Assembly (NCBI GenBank): GCA_964016885.1
Contig: OZ024742.1
Location: forward strand, 166,098,001-166,162,000
DNA length: 64,000 nt
Origin: Eledone cirrhosa
Taxonomy: Eukaryota
Direction of reading: 5' to 3'
Shown here: positions 10,450-24,900 of the stretch, piece by piece
Layout: every line of letters starts with the position of its first letter
Position numbering within the stretch: the first letter of the stretch is position 1
The notes under the pieces: generated by a model
The model's input: the letters and a program-made list of their open reading frames with translations, nothing else
Told to the model about the DNA's origin: nothing
Databases searched by the model: none
Program-made: the position numbers and the translations under genes

Positions 10450-13400
10450 AAAAATCAGGCGGAGATTGTAAAAAAAATCAGGGGGAGATAATTTGTAAAA
10501 AAATCAGGGGGAGATAATTTGTAAAAAAAAAATCAGGGGGAGATAATTTGTAAAAAAAATCAGGGGGAGATAATTTGTAAAAAAAAATCAAGGGGAGATA
10601 ATTTGTACAAAAAATCAGGGGTATATAATTTGTAAAAAAAAATCAGGGGGAGATAATTTGTAAAAAAAAATCAGGGGGAGATAATTTGTAAAAAAAATCA
10701 AGGGGAGATAATTTGCAGCCGTCCAAGGGGAGATAATTTTCAGCCGTCCAAGGAGAGGTAATTTCTAGCCGTCCAAGGTGAGATAATATCCAGCCGTCCA
10801 AGGGGAGATAATTTCCAGCCGTCCAAGGGGAGATAATTTTAAAAAAAAAACAGGCGAAGATAATTTGTAAAAAAAAATCAGGGGGAGATAATTTGTAAAA
10901 AAAATCAGGGGGAGGTAATTTGTAAAAAAAATCAAGGGGAGATAATTTCCAGCTGTCCAAGGGAAGATAATTTCCAGCCCTCCAAGGGGCTATAATTTCC
11001 AGCGTCCAAGGGGAGATAATTTCCAGCCACCGAAGGGGAGATAATTTTTTTTTTATTAAATCAGTGGGACATAATTTGTAAAAAAAAAATCAGGGGGAGA
11101 TAATTTGTAAAAAAAATCAAGGGGAGATAATTTGTAAAAAAAAATCAGGGGGAGATAATTTGTAAAAAAAAATCAGGGGGAGATAATTTGTAAAAAAAAT
11201 TAAGGGGAGATAATTTGTAAAAAAAAATCAAGGGGAGATAATTTCCAGCCGTCCAAGGAGAGGTAATTTCTAGACGTCCAAGGGGAGATAATTTCCAGCC
11301 GTCCAAGGGGAGATAATTTCCAGCCGTCCAAGGGTAGATAATATCCAGCCGTCCAAGGAGACATATTTTCCAGCTTTCCAAGGAGAGGTAATTTCTAGCC
11401 GTCCAAGGGGAGATAAATTCCAGCCTCCAAGGGGAGATAATTTCCAGCCAGCCAAGGGGAGATAATTTGTAAAAAAAATCAGGGGGAGATAATTTGTAAA
11501 AAAAATCAGGGGGAGATAATTTGTAAAAAAAATCAGGGGGAGATAATTTCCAGCCGTCCAAGGGGAGATAATTTTCAGCCGTCCAAGGGGAGATAATTTC
11601 CCGCCAGCCAAGGGAAGATAATATTTAAAAAATGAGGCGGAGATAATTTGTAAAAAAAATCAGGGGGAGATAATTTGTAAAAAAATCAGGGGGAGATAAT
11701 TTGTAAAAAAAAAATCAGGGGGAGATAATTTGTAAAAAAAATCAGGGGGAGATAATTTGTAAAAAAAAATCAGGGGTAGATAATTTGTAAAAAAAAATCA
11801 GGGGGAGATAATTTGTAAAAAAAATCAGGGGGAGATAATTTATAAAAAAAATCAAGGGGAGATAATTTCCAGCCGTCTAAGGGAAGATAATTTCAAGCCC
11901 TCCAAGGGGCTATAATTTCCAGTGTCCAAGGGGAGATAATTTCCAGCCAGCGAAGGGGAGATAATTTTTTTTTAAAAATCAGGGGGAGATTTGTAAAAAA
12001 AATCAGGGGGAGATAATTTGTAAAAAAAATCAAAGGGAGATAATTTCCAGCCGTCCAAAGAGATAATTTCTAGCCGTCCAAGCGGAGATAATTTCGAGCC
12101 AAGGGGAGATAATTTCCAGCCGTCCAAGGGGAGATAATTTTTTAAAAAATCAGGTGGAGATAATTTGTAAAAAAAATCAGGGGGAGATAATTTGTAAAAA
12201 CAAAATCAAGGGCAGATAATTTCCAGCTGTCCAAGGGGAGATAATTTCCAGCCGTGCAAGGGGAGATAATTTCCAGCCGTCCAAGGGGAGATAATTTCCA
12301 TCCTTCCAAGGGGAGATAATTTCCAGCCGTCCAAGGGGAGATAATTTCCCGCCAGCCAAGGGAAGATAATTTTTTAAAAAATCAGGCGGAGATTGTAAAA
12401 AAAATCAGGGGGAGATAATTTGTAAAAAAATCAGGGGGAGATAATTTGTAAAAAAATCAAGGGGAGATAATTTCCAGCTGTCCAAGGGGAGGTAATATCT
12501 AGCCGTCCAAGGGGAGATAATTTCCAGCCGTCCAAGGGGAGATAATTTCCAGCCGTCCAAGGGTAGATAATATCCAGCCGTCCAAGGAGACATATTTTCC
12601 AGCCGTCCAAGGAGAGGTAATTTCTAGCCGTCCAAGTGGAGATAAATTCCAGCCTCCAAGGGGAGATAATTTCCAGCCAGCCAAGGGGAGATAATTTGTA
12701 AAAAAATCAGGGGGAGATAATTTGTAAAAAAAATCAGGGGGAGATAATTTGTAAAAAAAAATCAGGGGGAGATAATTTGTAAAAAAAATCAGGGGGAGAT
12801 AATTTGTAAAAAAAATCAAGGGGAGATAATTTCCAGCCGTCCAAGGGGAGATAATTTTCAGCCGTCCAAGGGGAGATAATTTCCCGCCAGCCAAGGGAAG
12901 ATAATATTTAAAAAATGAGGCGGAGATAATTTGTAAAAAAAAATCAGGGGTAGATAATTTGTAAAAAAAATCAGGGGGAGATAATTTGTAAAAAAAATCA
13001 AGGGGAGATAATTTCCAGCCGTCCAAGGAGAGATAATTTTTAAAAAAAATCAGGCGGAGATAATTTGTAAAAAAAAAATCAGGGGGAGATAATTTGTAAA
13101 AAAAAATCAGGGGGAGATAATTTGTAAAAAAAATCAAGGGGAGATAATTTCCAGCCGTCCAAGGGGAGATAATTTTCAGCCGTCCAAGGGGAGATAATTT
13201 CCAGCCGTCCAAGGGGAGATAATTTTAAAAAAAAATCAGGCGGAGATAATTTGTAAAAAAAATCAAGGGGAGATAATTTGCAACCGTCCAAGGGGACATA
13301 ATTTTCAGTCGTCCAAGGAGAGGTAATTTCTAGCCGTACAAGGGGAGATAATTTCCAGCCGTCCAAGGGGAGATAATTTCCAGCCGTCCAAGGGGAGATA

Positions 13401-16400
13401 ATTTTTTTTTAAAAATCAGGCGGAGATAATTTGTAAAAAAAAAATCAGGGGGAGATAATTTGTAAAAAAAATCAGGGGGAGATAATTTGTAAAAAAAAAT
13501 CAGGGGGAGATAATTTGTAAAAAAAATCAAGGGGAGATAATTTCCAGCCGTCCAAGGGAAGATAATTTCCAGCCCTCCAAGGGGCTATAATTTCCAGCGT
13601 CCAAGGGGAGATAATTTCCAGCCAGCGAAGGGGAGATAATTGTTTTAAAAAAATCATTGGGAGATTTGTAAAAAAAATCAGGGGGAGATAATTAATAAAA
13701 AAAATCAAGGGGAGATAATTTCCAGCCGTCCAAGGGGAGGTAATATCTAGCCGTCCAAGGGGAGATAATTTCCAGCCGTCCAAGGGGAGATAATTTCCAG
13801 CCGTCCAAGGGTAGATAATATCCAGCCGTCCAAGGAGACATATTTTCCAGCCGTCCAAGGAGAGGTAATTTCTAGCCGTCCAAGGGGAGATAAATTCCAG
13901 CCTCCAAGGGGAGATAATTTCCAGCCAGCCAAGGGGAGATAATTTGTAAAAAAATCAGGGGGAGATAATTTGTAAAAAAAATCAGGGGTAGATAATTTGT
14001 AAAAAAAAATCAGGGGGAGATAATTTGTAAAAAAAAATCAGGGGGAGATAATTTGTAAAAAAAATCAAGGGGAGATAATTTCCAGCCGTCCAAGGAGAGA
14101 TAATTTAAAAAAAAAATCAGGCGGAGATAATTTGTAAAAAAAAATCAGGGGGAGATAATTTGTAAAAAAAAATCAGGGGGAGATAATTTGTAAAAAAAAT
14201 CAAGGGGAGATAATTTCCAGCCGTCCAAGGGGAGATAATTTCCAGCCGTCCAAGGGGAGATAATTTTTTTTAAAAAATCAGGCGGAAATAATTTGTAAAA
14301 AAAAATCAGGGGGAGATAATTTCCAGCCGTCCAAGGTAAGATAATTTCCAGCCCTCCAAGGGGCTATAATTTCCAGCCGTCCAAGGGTAGATAATATCCA
14401 GCCGTCCAAGTAGACATATTTTCCAGCCGTCCAAGGAGAGGTAATTTCTAGCCGTCCAAGGGGAGATAAATTCCAGCCTCCAAGGGGAGATAATTTCCAG
14501 CCAGCCAAGGGGAGATAATTTGTAAAAAAATCAGGGGGAGATAATTTGTAAAAAAAATCAGGGGGAGATAATTTGTAAAAAAAAATCAGGGGGAGATAAT
14601 TTGTAAAAAAAAATCAGGGGGAGATAATTTGTAAAAAAAAATCAGGGGGAGATAATTTCCAGCCGTCCAAGGGGAGATAATTTTCAGCCGTCCAAGGGTA
14701 GATAATATCCAGCCGTCCAAGTAGACATTTTCCAGCCGTCCAAGGAGAGGTAATTTCTAGCCGTCCAAGGGGAGATAAATTCCAGCCTCCAAGGGGAGAT
14801 AATTTCCAGCCAGCCAAGGGGAGATAATTTGTAAAAAAATCAGGGGGAGATAATTTGTAAAAAAAATCAGGGGGAGATAATTTGTAAAAAAAAATCAGGG
14901 GGAGATAATTTGTAAAAAAAAATCAGGGGGAGATAATTTGTAAAAAAAAATCAGGGGGAGATAATTTGTAAAAAAAATCAAGGGGAGATAATTTCCAGCC
15001 GTCCAAGGGGAGATAATTTTCAGCCGTCCAAGGGGAGATAATTTCCAGCCGTCCAAGGGGAGATAATTTCCATCCTTCCAAGGGGAGATAATTTCCAGCC
15101 GTCCAAGGGGAGATAATTTTCAGCCGTCCAAGGGGAGATAATTTCCCGCCAGCCAAGGGAAGATAATATTTTAAAAAATCAGGCGGAGATAATTTGTAAA
15201 AAAAATCAGGGGGAGATAATTTGTAAAAAAATCAGGGGGAGATAATTTGTAAAAAAAAAATCAGGGGGAGATAATTTGTAAAAAAAATCAGGGGGAGATA
15301 ATTTGTAAAAAAAAATCAGGGGTAGATAATTTGTAAAAAAAAATCAGGGGGAGATAATTTGTAAAAAAAAATCAGGGGGAGATAATTTGTAAAAAAAATC
15401 AGGGGGAGATAATTTGTAAAAAAAAATCAGGGGGAGATAATTTCCGGCCGTCCAAGGGGAGATAATTTTCAGCCGTCCAAGGGGAGATAATTTCCCGCCA
15501 GCCAAGGGAAGATAATATTTAAAAAAATCAGGCGGAGATAATTTGTAAAAAAAATCAGGGGGAGATAATTTGTAAAAAAATCAGGGGGAGATAATTTGTA
15601 AAAAAAATCAAGGGGAGATAATTTCCAGCCGTCCAAGGGGAGGTAATATCTAGCCGTCCAAGGGGAGATAATTTCCAGCCGTCCAAGAGGAGATAATTTC
15701 CAGCCGTCCAAGGGTAGATAATATCCAGCCGTCCAAGGAGACATATTTTCCAGCCGTCCAAGGAGAGGTAATTTCTAGCCGTCCAAGGGGAGATAAATTC
15801 CAGCCTCCAAGGGGAGATAATTTCCAGCCAGCCAAGGGGAGATAATTTGTAAAAAAAATCAGGGGGAGATAATTTGTAAAAAAAATCAGGGGGAGATAAT
15901 TTGTAAAAAAATCAGGGGGAGATAATTTGTAAAAAAAAAATCAGGGGGAGATAATTTGTAAAAAAAATCAGGGGGAGATGATTTGTAAAAAAAAATCAGG
16001 GGTAGATAATTTGTAAAAAAAATCAGGGGGTGATAATTTGTAAAAAAAAATCAGGGGGAGATAATTTGTAAAAAAAATCAAGGGGAGATAATTTCCAGCC
16101 GTCGAAGGGAAGATAATTTCCAGCCCTCCAAGGGGCTATAATTTCCAGCGTCCAAGGGGAGATAATTTCCAGCCGTCCAAGGGGAGATAATTTCCAGCCG
16201 TCCAAGGGTAGATAATATCCAGCCGTCCAAGTAGACATTTTCCAGCCGTCCAAGGAGAGGTAATTTCTAGCCGTCCAAGGGGAGATAAATTCCAGCCTCC
16301 AAGGGGAGATAATTTCCAGCCAGCCAAGGGGAGATAATTTGTAAAAAAATCAGGGGGAGATAATTTGTAAAAAAAATCAGGGGGAGATAATTTGTAAAAA

Positions 16401-18990
16401 AAAATCAGGGGGAGATAATTTGTAAAAAAAATCAGGGGGAAATAATTTGTAAAAAAAATCAGGGGGAGATAATTTGTAAAAAAAATCAAGGGGAGATAAT
16501 TTCCAGCCGTCCAAGGGGAGATAATTTTCAGCCGTCCAAGGGGAGATAATTTCCAGCCGTCCAAGGGGAGATAATTTCCATCCTTCCAAGGGGAGATAAT
16601 TTCCAGCCGTCCAAGGGGAGATAATTTTCAGCCGTCCAAGGGGAGATAATTTCCCGCCAGCCAAGGGAAGATAATATTTTAAAAAATCAGGCGGAGATAA
16701 TTTGTAAAAAAAATCAGGGGGAGATAATTTATAAAAAAATCAGGGGGAGATAATTTGTAAAAAAAAAATCAGGGGGAGATAATTTGTAAAAAAAATCAGG
16801 GGGAGATAATTTGTAAAAAAAAATCAGGGGTAGATAATTTGTAAAAAAAAATCAGGGGGAGATAATTTGTAAAAAAAAAATCAGGGGGAGATAATTTGTA
16901 AAAAAAATCAAGGGGAGATAATTTCCAGCCGTCCAAGGAGAGATAATTTTTAAAAAAAATCAGGCGGAGATAATTTGTAAAAAAAAATCAAGGGGAGATA
17001 ATTTGTAAAAAAAAATCAAGGGGAGATAATTTGTAATAAAAATCAAGGGGAGATAATTTCCAGCCGTCCAAGGGAAGATAATTTCCAGCACTCCAAGGGG
17101 CTATAATTTCCAGTGTCCAAGGGGAGATAATTTCCAGCCAGCGAAGGGGAGATAATTTTTTTAAAAAAATCAGGGGGAGATATGTAAAAAAAATCAGAGG
17201 GAGATAATTTCTAAAAAAAATCAAAGGGAGATAATTTCCAGCCGTCCAAAGAGAGATAATTTCTAGCCGTCCAAGGGGAGATAATTTCCAGCCAAGGGGA
17301 GATAATTTCCAGCCGTCCAAGGGGAGATAATTATTTAAAAAATCAGGTGGAGATAATTTGTAAAAAAAATCAGGGGGAGATAATTTGTAAAAACAAAATC
17401 AAGGGCAGATAATTTCCAGCTGTCCAAGGGGAGATAATTTCCAGCCGTGCAAGGGGAGATAATTTCCAGCCGTCCAAGGGGAGATAATTTCCATCCTTCC
17501 AAGGGGAGATAATGTCCAGCCGTCCAAGGGGAGATAATTTCCCGCCAGCCAAGGGAAGATAATTTTTAAAAAAATCAGGCGGAGATTGTAAAAAAAATCA
17601 GGGGGAGATAATTTGTAAAAAAAAAATCAGGGGGAGATAATTTGTAAAAAAAATCAGGGGTAGATAATTTGTAAAAAAAAATCAGGGGGAGATAATTTGT
17701 AAAAAAAATCAGGGGGAGATAATTTCTAAAAAAATCAAGGGGAGATAATATGCAGTCGTCCAAGGGGAGATAATTTTCAGCCGTCCAAGGAGAGGTAATT
17801 TCTAGCCGTCCAAGGGGAGATAATTTCCAGCCGTCCAAGGGGAGATAATTTCCAGCCGTCCAAGGGGAGATAGTTTTTTTAAAAAAATCAGGCGGAGATA
17901 ATTTGTAAAAAAAAAATCAGGGGGAGATAATTTGTAAAAAAAAATCAGGGGGAGATAATTTGTAAAAAAAATCAGGGGGAGATAATTAGTAAAAAAAATC
18001 AAGGGGAGATAATTTCCAGCCGTCCAAGGGGAGGTAATATCTAGCCGTCCAAGGGGAGATAATTTCCAGCCGTCCAAGGGGAGATAATTTCCAGCCGTCC
18101 AAGGGTAGATAATATCCAGCCGTCCAAGTAGACATATTTTCCAGCCGTCCAAGGAGAGGTAATTTCTAGCCGTCCAAGGGGAGATAAATTCCAGCCTCCA
18201 AGGGGAGATAATTTCCAGCCAGCCAAGGGGAGATAATTTGTAAAAAAATCAGGGGGAGATAATTTGTAAAAAAAATCAGGGGGAGATAATTTGTAAAAAA
18301 AAATCAGGGGGAGATAATTTGTAAAAAAAAATCAGGGGGAGATAATTTGTAAAAAAAATCAGGGGGAGATAATTTGTAAAAAAAAATCAGGGGGAGATAA
18401 TTTGTAAAAAAAAATCAGGGGGAGATAATTTGTAAAAAAAAATCAGGGGGAGATAATTTGTAAAAAAAATCAGGGGGAGATAATTTGTAAAAACAAATCA
18501 AGGGGAGATAATTTCCAGCCGTCCAAGGGGAGATAATTTTCAGCCGCCCAAGGGGAGATAATTTCCCGCCAGCCAAGGGAAGATAATATTTAAAAAATCA
18601 GGCGGAGATAATTTGTAAAAAAAATCAGGGGGAGATAATTTGTAAAAAAATCAGGGGGAGATAATTTGTAAAAAAAAAATCAGGGGGAGATAATTTGTAA
18701 AAAAAATCAGGGGGAGATGATTTGTAAAAAAAATCAGGGGTAGATAATTTGTAAAAAAAAATCAGGGGGAGATAATTTGTAAAAAAAAATCAGGGGGAGA
18801 TAATTTGTAAAAAAAATCAAGAGGAGATAATTTCCAGCCGTCCAAGGGGAGATAATTTTCAGCCGTCCAAGGGGAGATAATTTCCAGCCGTCCAAGGGGA
18901 GATAATTTCCATCCTTCCAAGGGGAGATAATTTCCAGCCGTCCAAGGGGAGATAATTTCCCGCCAACCAAGGGAAGATAATTTTTAAAAA
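10450..18990 (+). repeat. One complete copy of the ~8.5-kb higher-order cycle
   Basis: Each rare marker occurs once, in order: TGTACA (~10605), TAGACGTCC (~11270), TTCGAGCC (~12093), GCAACC..GTACAA (~13280), CATTGGGA (~13655), GGTAAGAT (~14335), CCGGCCG (15444), GTCGAAGGGAAG (16101), CCAGCACTCC (~17086), TATGCAG (~17749). The series then restarts (TGTACA ~19143, +8538; ORF 11145 vs 19711, +8566). Confidence 0.8.
14982..15156 (+). repeat. Representative 7-monomer A cassette (175 bp) marked by CCATCCTTCCAA and terminal CCCGCCAGCCAA
   Basis: Order: A, TTTTCAGCC variant, A, CCATCCTT variant, A, TTTTCAGCC variant, CCCGCCAGCC variant. It is followed by GGGAAGATAAT(A/T)TTT(A)nTCAGGCGG. It recurs at e.g. 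~4070, 16490, 25100, 35597, 37106, 43902, 52050, 55594. Confidence 0.92.
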
Positions 18991-21900
18991 AATCAGGCGG
19001 AGATTGTAAAAAAAATCAGGGGGAGATAATTTGTAAAAAAATCAGGGGGAGATAATTTGTAAAAAAAAAATCAGGGGGAGATAATTTGTAAAAAAAATCA
19101 GGGGGAGATAATTTGTAAAAAAAAATCAAGGGGAGATAATTTGTACAAAAAATCAGGGGTATATAATTTGTAAAAAAAAATCAGGGGGAGATAATTTGTA
19201 AAAAAAAATCAGGGGGAGATAATTTGTAAAAAAAATCAAGGGGAGATAATTTGCAGCCGTCCAAGGGGAGATAATTTTCAGCCGTCCAAGGAGAGGTAAT
19301 TTCTAGCCGTCCAAGGTGAGATAATATCCAGCCGTCCAAGGGGAGATAATTTCCAGCCGTCCAAGGGGAGATAATTTTAAAAAAAAAACAGGCGAAGATA
19401 ATTTGTAAAAAAAAAATCAGGGGGAGATAATTTGTAAAAAAAAATCAGGGGGAGATAATTTGTAAAAAAAATCAGGGGGAGGTAATTTGTAAAAAAAATC
19501 AAGGGGAGATAATTTCCAGCCGTCCAAGGGAAGATAATTTCCAGCCCTCCAAGGGGCTATAATTTCCAGCGTCCAAGGGGAGATAATTTCCAGCCAGCGA
19601 AGGGGAGATAATTTTTTTTTTTTTAAATCAGGGGGACATAATTTGTAAAAAAAAATCAGGGGGAGATAATTTGTAAAAAAAATCAAGGGGAGATAATTTG
19701 TAAAAAAAAATCAGGGGGAGATAATTTGTAAAAAAAAATCAGGGGGAGATAATTTGTAAAAAAAATTAAGGGGAGATAATTTGTAAAAAAAAATCAAGGG
19801 GAGATAATTTCCAGCCGTCCAAGGAGAGGTAATTTCTAGACGTCCAAGGGGAGATAATTTCCAGCCGTCCAAGGGGAGATAATTTCCAGCCGTCCAAGGG
19901 TAGATAATATCCAGCCGTCCAAGGAGACATATTTTCCAGCTTTCCAAGGAGAGGTAATTTCTAGCCGTCCAAGGGGAGATAAATTCCAGCCTCCAAGGGG
20001 AGATAATTTCCAGCCAGCCAAGGGGAGATAATTTGTAAAAAAAATCAGGGGGAGATAATTTGTAAAAAAAATCAGGGGGAGATAATTTGTAAAAAAAATC
20101 AGGGGGAGATAATTTCCAGCCGTCCAAGGGGAGATAATTTTCAGCCGTCCAAGGGGAGATAATTTCCCGCCAGCCAAGGGAAGATAATATTTAAAAAATG
20201 AGGCGGAGATAATTTGTAAAAAAAATCAGGGGGAGATAATTTGTAAAAAAATCAGGGGGAGATAATTTGTAAAAAAAAAATCAGGGGGAGATAATTTGTA
20301 AAAAAAATCAGGGGGAGATAATTTGTAAAAAAAAATCAGGGGTAGATAATTTGTAAAAAAAAATCAGGGGGAGATAATTTGTAAAAAAAATCAGGGGGAG
20401 ATAATTTATAAAAAAAATCAAGGGGAGATAATTTCCAGCCGTCCAAGGGAAGATAATTTCAAGCCCTCCAAGGGGCTATAATTTCCAGTGTCCAAGGGGA
20501 GATAATTTCCAGCCAGCGAAGGGGAGATAATTTTTTTTTAAAAATCAGGGGGAGATTTGTAAAAAAAATCAGGGGGAGATAATTTGTAAAAAAAATCAAA
20601 GGGAGATAATTTCCAGCCGTCCAAAGAGATAATTTCTAGCCGTCCAAGGGGAGATAATTTCGAGCCAAGGGGAGATAATTTCCAGCCGTCCAAGGGGAGA
20701 TAATTTTTTAAAAAATCAGGTGGAGATAATTTGTAAAAAAAATCAGGGGGAGATAATTTGTAAAAACAAAATCAAGGGGAGATAATTTCCAGCTGTCCAA
20801 GGGGAGATAATTTCCAGCCGTGCAAGGGGAGATAATTTCCAGCCGTCCAAGGGGAGATAATTTCCATCCTTCCAAGGGGAGATAATTTCCAGCCGTCCAA
20901 GGGGAGATAATTTCCCGCCAGCCAAGGGAAGATAATTTTTTAAAAAATCAGGCGGAGATTGCAAAAAAAATCAGGGGGAGATAATTTGTAAAAAATCAGG
21001 GGGAGATAATTTGTAAAAAAATCAAGGGGAGATAATTTCCAGCTGTCCAAGGGGAGGTAATATCTAGCCGTCCAAGGGGAGATAATTTCCAGCCGTCCAA
21101 GGGGAGATAATTTCCAGCCGTCCAAGGGTAGATAATATCCAGCCGTCCAAGGAGACATATTTTCCAGCCGTCCAAGGAGAGGTAATTTCTAGCCGTCCAA
21201 GTGGAGATAAATTCCAGCCTCCAAGGGGAGATAATTTCCAGCCAGCCAAGGGGAGATAATTTGTAAAAAAATCAGGGGGAGATAATTTGTAAAAAAAATC
21301 ACGGGGAGATAATTTGTAAAAAAAAATCAGGGGGAGATAATTTGTAAAAAAAATCAGGGGGAGATAATTTGTAAAAAAAATCAAGGGGAGATAATTTCCA
21401 GCCGTCCAAGGGGAGATAATTTTCAGCCGTCCAAGGGGAGATAATTTCCCGCCAGCCAAGGGAAGATAATATTTAAAAAATGAGGCGGAGATAATTTGTA
21501 AAAAAAAATCAGGGGTAGATAATTTGTAAAAAAAATCAGGGGGAGATAATTTGTAAAAAAAATCAAGGGGAGATAATTTCCAGCCGTCCAAGGAGAGATA
21601 ATTTTTAAAAAAAATCAGGCGGAGATAATTTGTAAAAAAAAAATCAGGGGGAGATAATTTGTAAAAAAAAATCAGGGGGAGATAATTTGTAAAAAAAATC
21701 AAGGGGAGATAATTTCCAGCCGTCCAAGGGGAGATAATTTTCAGCCGTCCAAGGGGAGATAATTTCCAGCCGTCCAAGGGGAGATAATTTTAAAAAAAAA
21801 TCAGGCGGAGATAATTTGTAAAAAAAATCAAGGGGAGATAATTTGCAACCGTCCAAGGGGACATAATTTTCAGTCGTCCAAGGAGAGGTAATTTCTAGCC

Positions 21901-24900
21901 GTACAAGGGGAGATAATTTCCAGCCGTCCAAGGGGAGATAATTTCCAGCCGTCCAAGGGGAGATAATTTTTTTTTAAAAATCAGGCGGAGATAATTTGTA
22001 AAAAAAAAATCAGGGGGAGATAATTTGTAAAAAAAAATCAGGGGGAGATAATTTGTAAAAAAAAATCAGGGGGAGATAATTTCTAAAAAAATCAAGGGGA
22101 GATAATATGCAGCCGTCCAAGGGGAGATAATTTTCAGCCGTCCAAGGAGAGGTAATTTCTAGCCGTCCAAGGGGAGATAATTTCCAGCCGTCCAAGGGGA
22201 GATAATTTCCAGCCGTCCAAGGGGAGATAGTTTTTTTTAAAAAATCAGGCGGAGATAATTTGTAAAAAAAAAATCAGGGGGAGATAATTTGTAAAAAAAA
22301 ATCAGGGGGAGATAATTTGTAAAAAAAAATCAGGGGGAGATAATTTGTAAAAAAAATCAGGGGGAGATAATTAGTAAAAAAAATCAAGGGGAGATAATTT
22401 CCAGCCGTCCAAGGGGAGGTAATATCTAGCCGTCCAAGGGGAGATAATTTCCAGCCGTCCAAGGGGAGATAATTTCCAGCCGTCCAAGGGTAGATAATAT
22501 CCAGCCGTCCAAGTAGACATATTTTCCAGCCGTCCAAGGAGAGGTAATTTCTAGCCGTCCAAGGGGAGATAAATTCCAGCCTCCAAGGGGAGATAATTTC
22601 CAGCCAGCCAAGGGGAGATAATTTGTAAAAAAATCAGGGGGAGATAATTTGTAAAAAAAATCAGGGGGAGATAATTTGTAAAAAAAAATCAGGGGGAGAT
22701 AATTTGTAAAAAAAAAATCAGGGGGAGATAATTTGTAAAAAAAATCAGGGGGAGATAATTTGTAAAAACAAATCAAGGGGAGATAATTTCCAGCCGTCCA
22801 AGGGGAGATAATTTTCAGCCGCCCAAGGGGAGATAATTTCCCGCCAGCCAAGGGAAGATAATATTTAAAAAATCAGGCGGAGATAATTTGTAAAAAAAAT
22901 CAGGGGGAGATAATTTGTAAAAAAATCAGGGGGAGATAATTTGTAAAAAAAAATCAGGGGGAGATAATTTGTAAAAAAAAATCAGGGGGAGATAATTTGT
23001 AAAAAAAATCAAGAGGAGATAATTTCCAGCCGTCCAAGGGGAGATAATTTTCAGCCGTCCAAGGGGAGATAATTTCCAGCCGTCCAAGGGGAGATAATTT
23101 CCATCCTTCCAAGGGGAGATAATTTCCAGCCGTCCAAGGGGAGATAATTTCCCGCCAACCAAGGGAAGATAATTTTTAAAAAAATCAGGCGGAGATTGTA
23201 AAAAAAATCAGGGGGAGATAATTTGTAAAAAAATCAGGGGGAGATAATTTGTAAAAAAAAAATCAGGGGGAGATAATTTGTAAAAAAAATCAGGGGGAGA
23301 TAATTTGTAAAAAAAAATCAAGGGGAGATAATTTGTACAAAAAATCAGGGCTATATAATTTGTAAAAAAAAATCAGGGGGAGATAATTTGTAAAAAAAAA
23401 TCAGGGGGAGATAATTTGTAAAAAAAATCATGGGGAGATAATTTGCAGCCGTCCAAGGGGAGATAATTTTCAGCCGTCCAAGGAGAGGTAATTTCTAGCC
23501 GTCCAAGGTGAGATAATATCCAGCCGTCCAAGGGGAGATAATTTCCAGCCGTCCAAGGGGAGATAATTTTAAAAAAAAAACAGGCGAAGATAATTTGTAA
23601 AAAAAAAATCAGGGGGAGATAATTTGTAAAAAAAAATCAGGGGGAGATAATTTGTAAAAAAAATCAGGGGGAGGTAATTTGTAAAAAAAATCAAGGGGAG
23701 ATAATTTCCAGCCGTCCAAGGGAAGATAATTTCCAGCCCTCCAAGGGGCTATAATTTCCAGCGTCCAAGGGGAGATAATTTCCAGCCAGCGAAGGGGAGA
23801 TAATTTTTTTTTTTTTAAATCAGGGGGACATAATTTGTAAAAAAAAATCAGGGGGAGATAATTTGTAAAAAAAATCAAGGGGAGATAATTTGTAAAAAAA
23901 AATCAGGGGGAGATAATTTGTAAAAAAAAATCAGGGGGAGATAATTTGTAAATAAAATTAAGGGGAGATAATTTGTAAAAAAAAATCAAGGGGAGATAAT
24001 TTCCAGCCGTCCAAGGAGAGGTAATTTCTAGACGTCCAAGGGGAGATAATTTCCAGCCGTCCAAGGGGAGATAATTTTCAGCCGTCCAAGGGGAGATAAT
24101 TTCCCGCCAGCCAAGGGAAGATAATATTTAAAAAAATCAGGCGGAGATAATTTGTAAAAAAAATCAGGGGGAGATAATTTGTAAAAAAATCAGGGGGAGA
24201 TAATTTGTAAAAAAAATCAAGGGGAGATAATTTCCAGCCGTCCAAGGGGAGGTAATATCTAGCCGTCCAAGGGGAGATAATTTCCAGCCGTCCAAGAGGA
24301 GATAATTTCCAGCCGTCCAAGGGTAGATAATATCCAGCCGTCCAAGGAGACATATTTTCCAGCCGTCCAAGGAGAGGTAATTTCTAGCCGTCCAAGGGGA
24401 GATAAATTCCAGCCTCCAAGGGGAGATAATTTCCAGCCAGCCAAGGGGAGATAATTTGTAAAAAAAATCAGGGGGAGATAATTTGTAAAAAAAATCAGGG
24501 GGAGATAATTTGTAAAAAAATCAGGGGGAGATAATTTGTAAAAAAAAAATCAGGGGGAGATAATTTGTAAAAAAAATCAGGGGGAGATGATTTGTAAAAA
24601 AAAATCAGGGGTAGATAATTTGTAAAAAAAAATCAGGGGGTGATAATTTGTAAAAAAAAATCAGGGGGAGATAATTTGTAAAAAAAATCAAGGGGAGATA
24701 ATTTCCAGCCGTCGAAGGGAAGATAATTTCCAGCCCTCCAAGGGGCTATAATTTCCAGCGTCCAAGGGGAGATAATTTCCAGCCGTCCAAGGGGAGATAA
24801 TTTCCAGCCGTCCAAGGGTAGATAATATCCAGCCGTCCAAGTAGACATTTTCCAGCCGTCCAAGGAGAGGTAATTTCTAGCCGTCCAAGGGGAGATAAAT

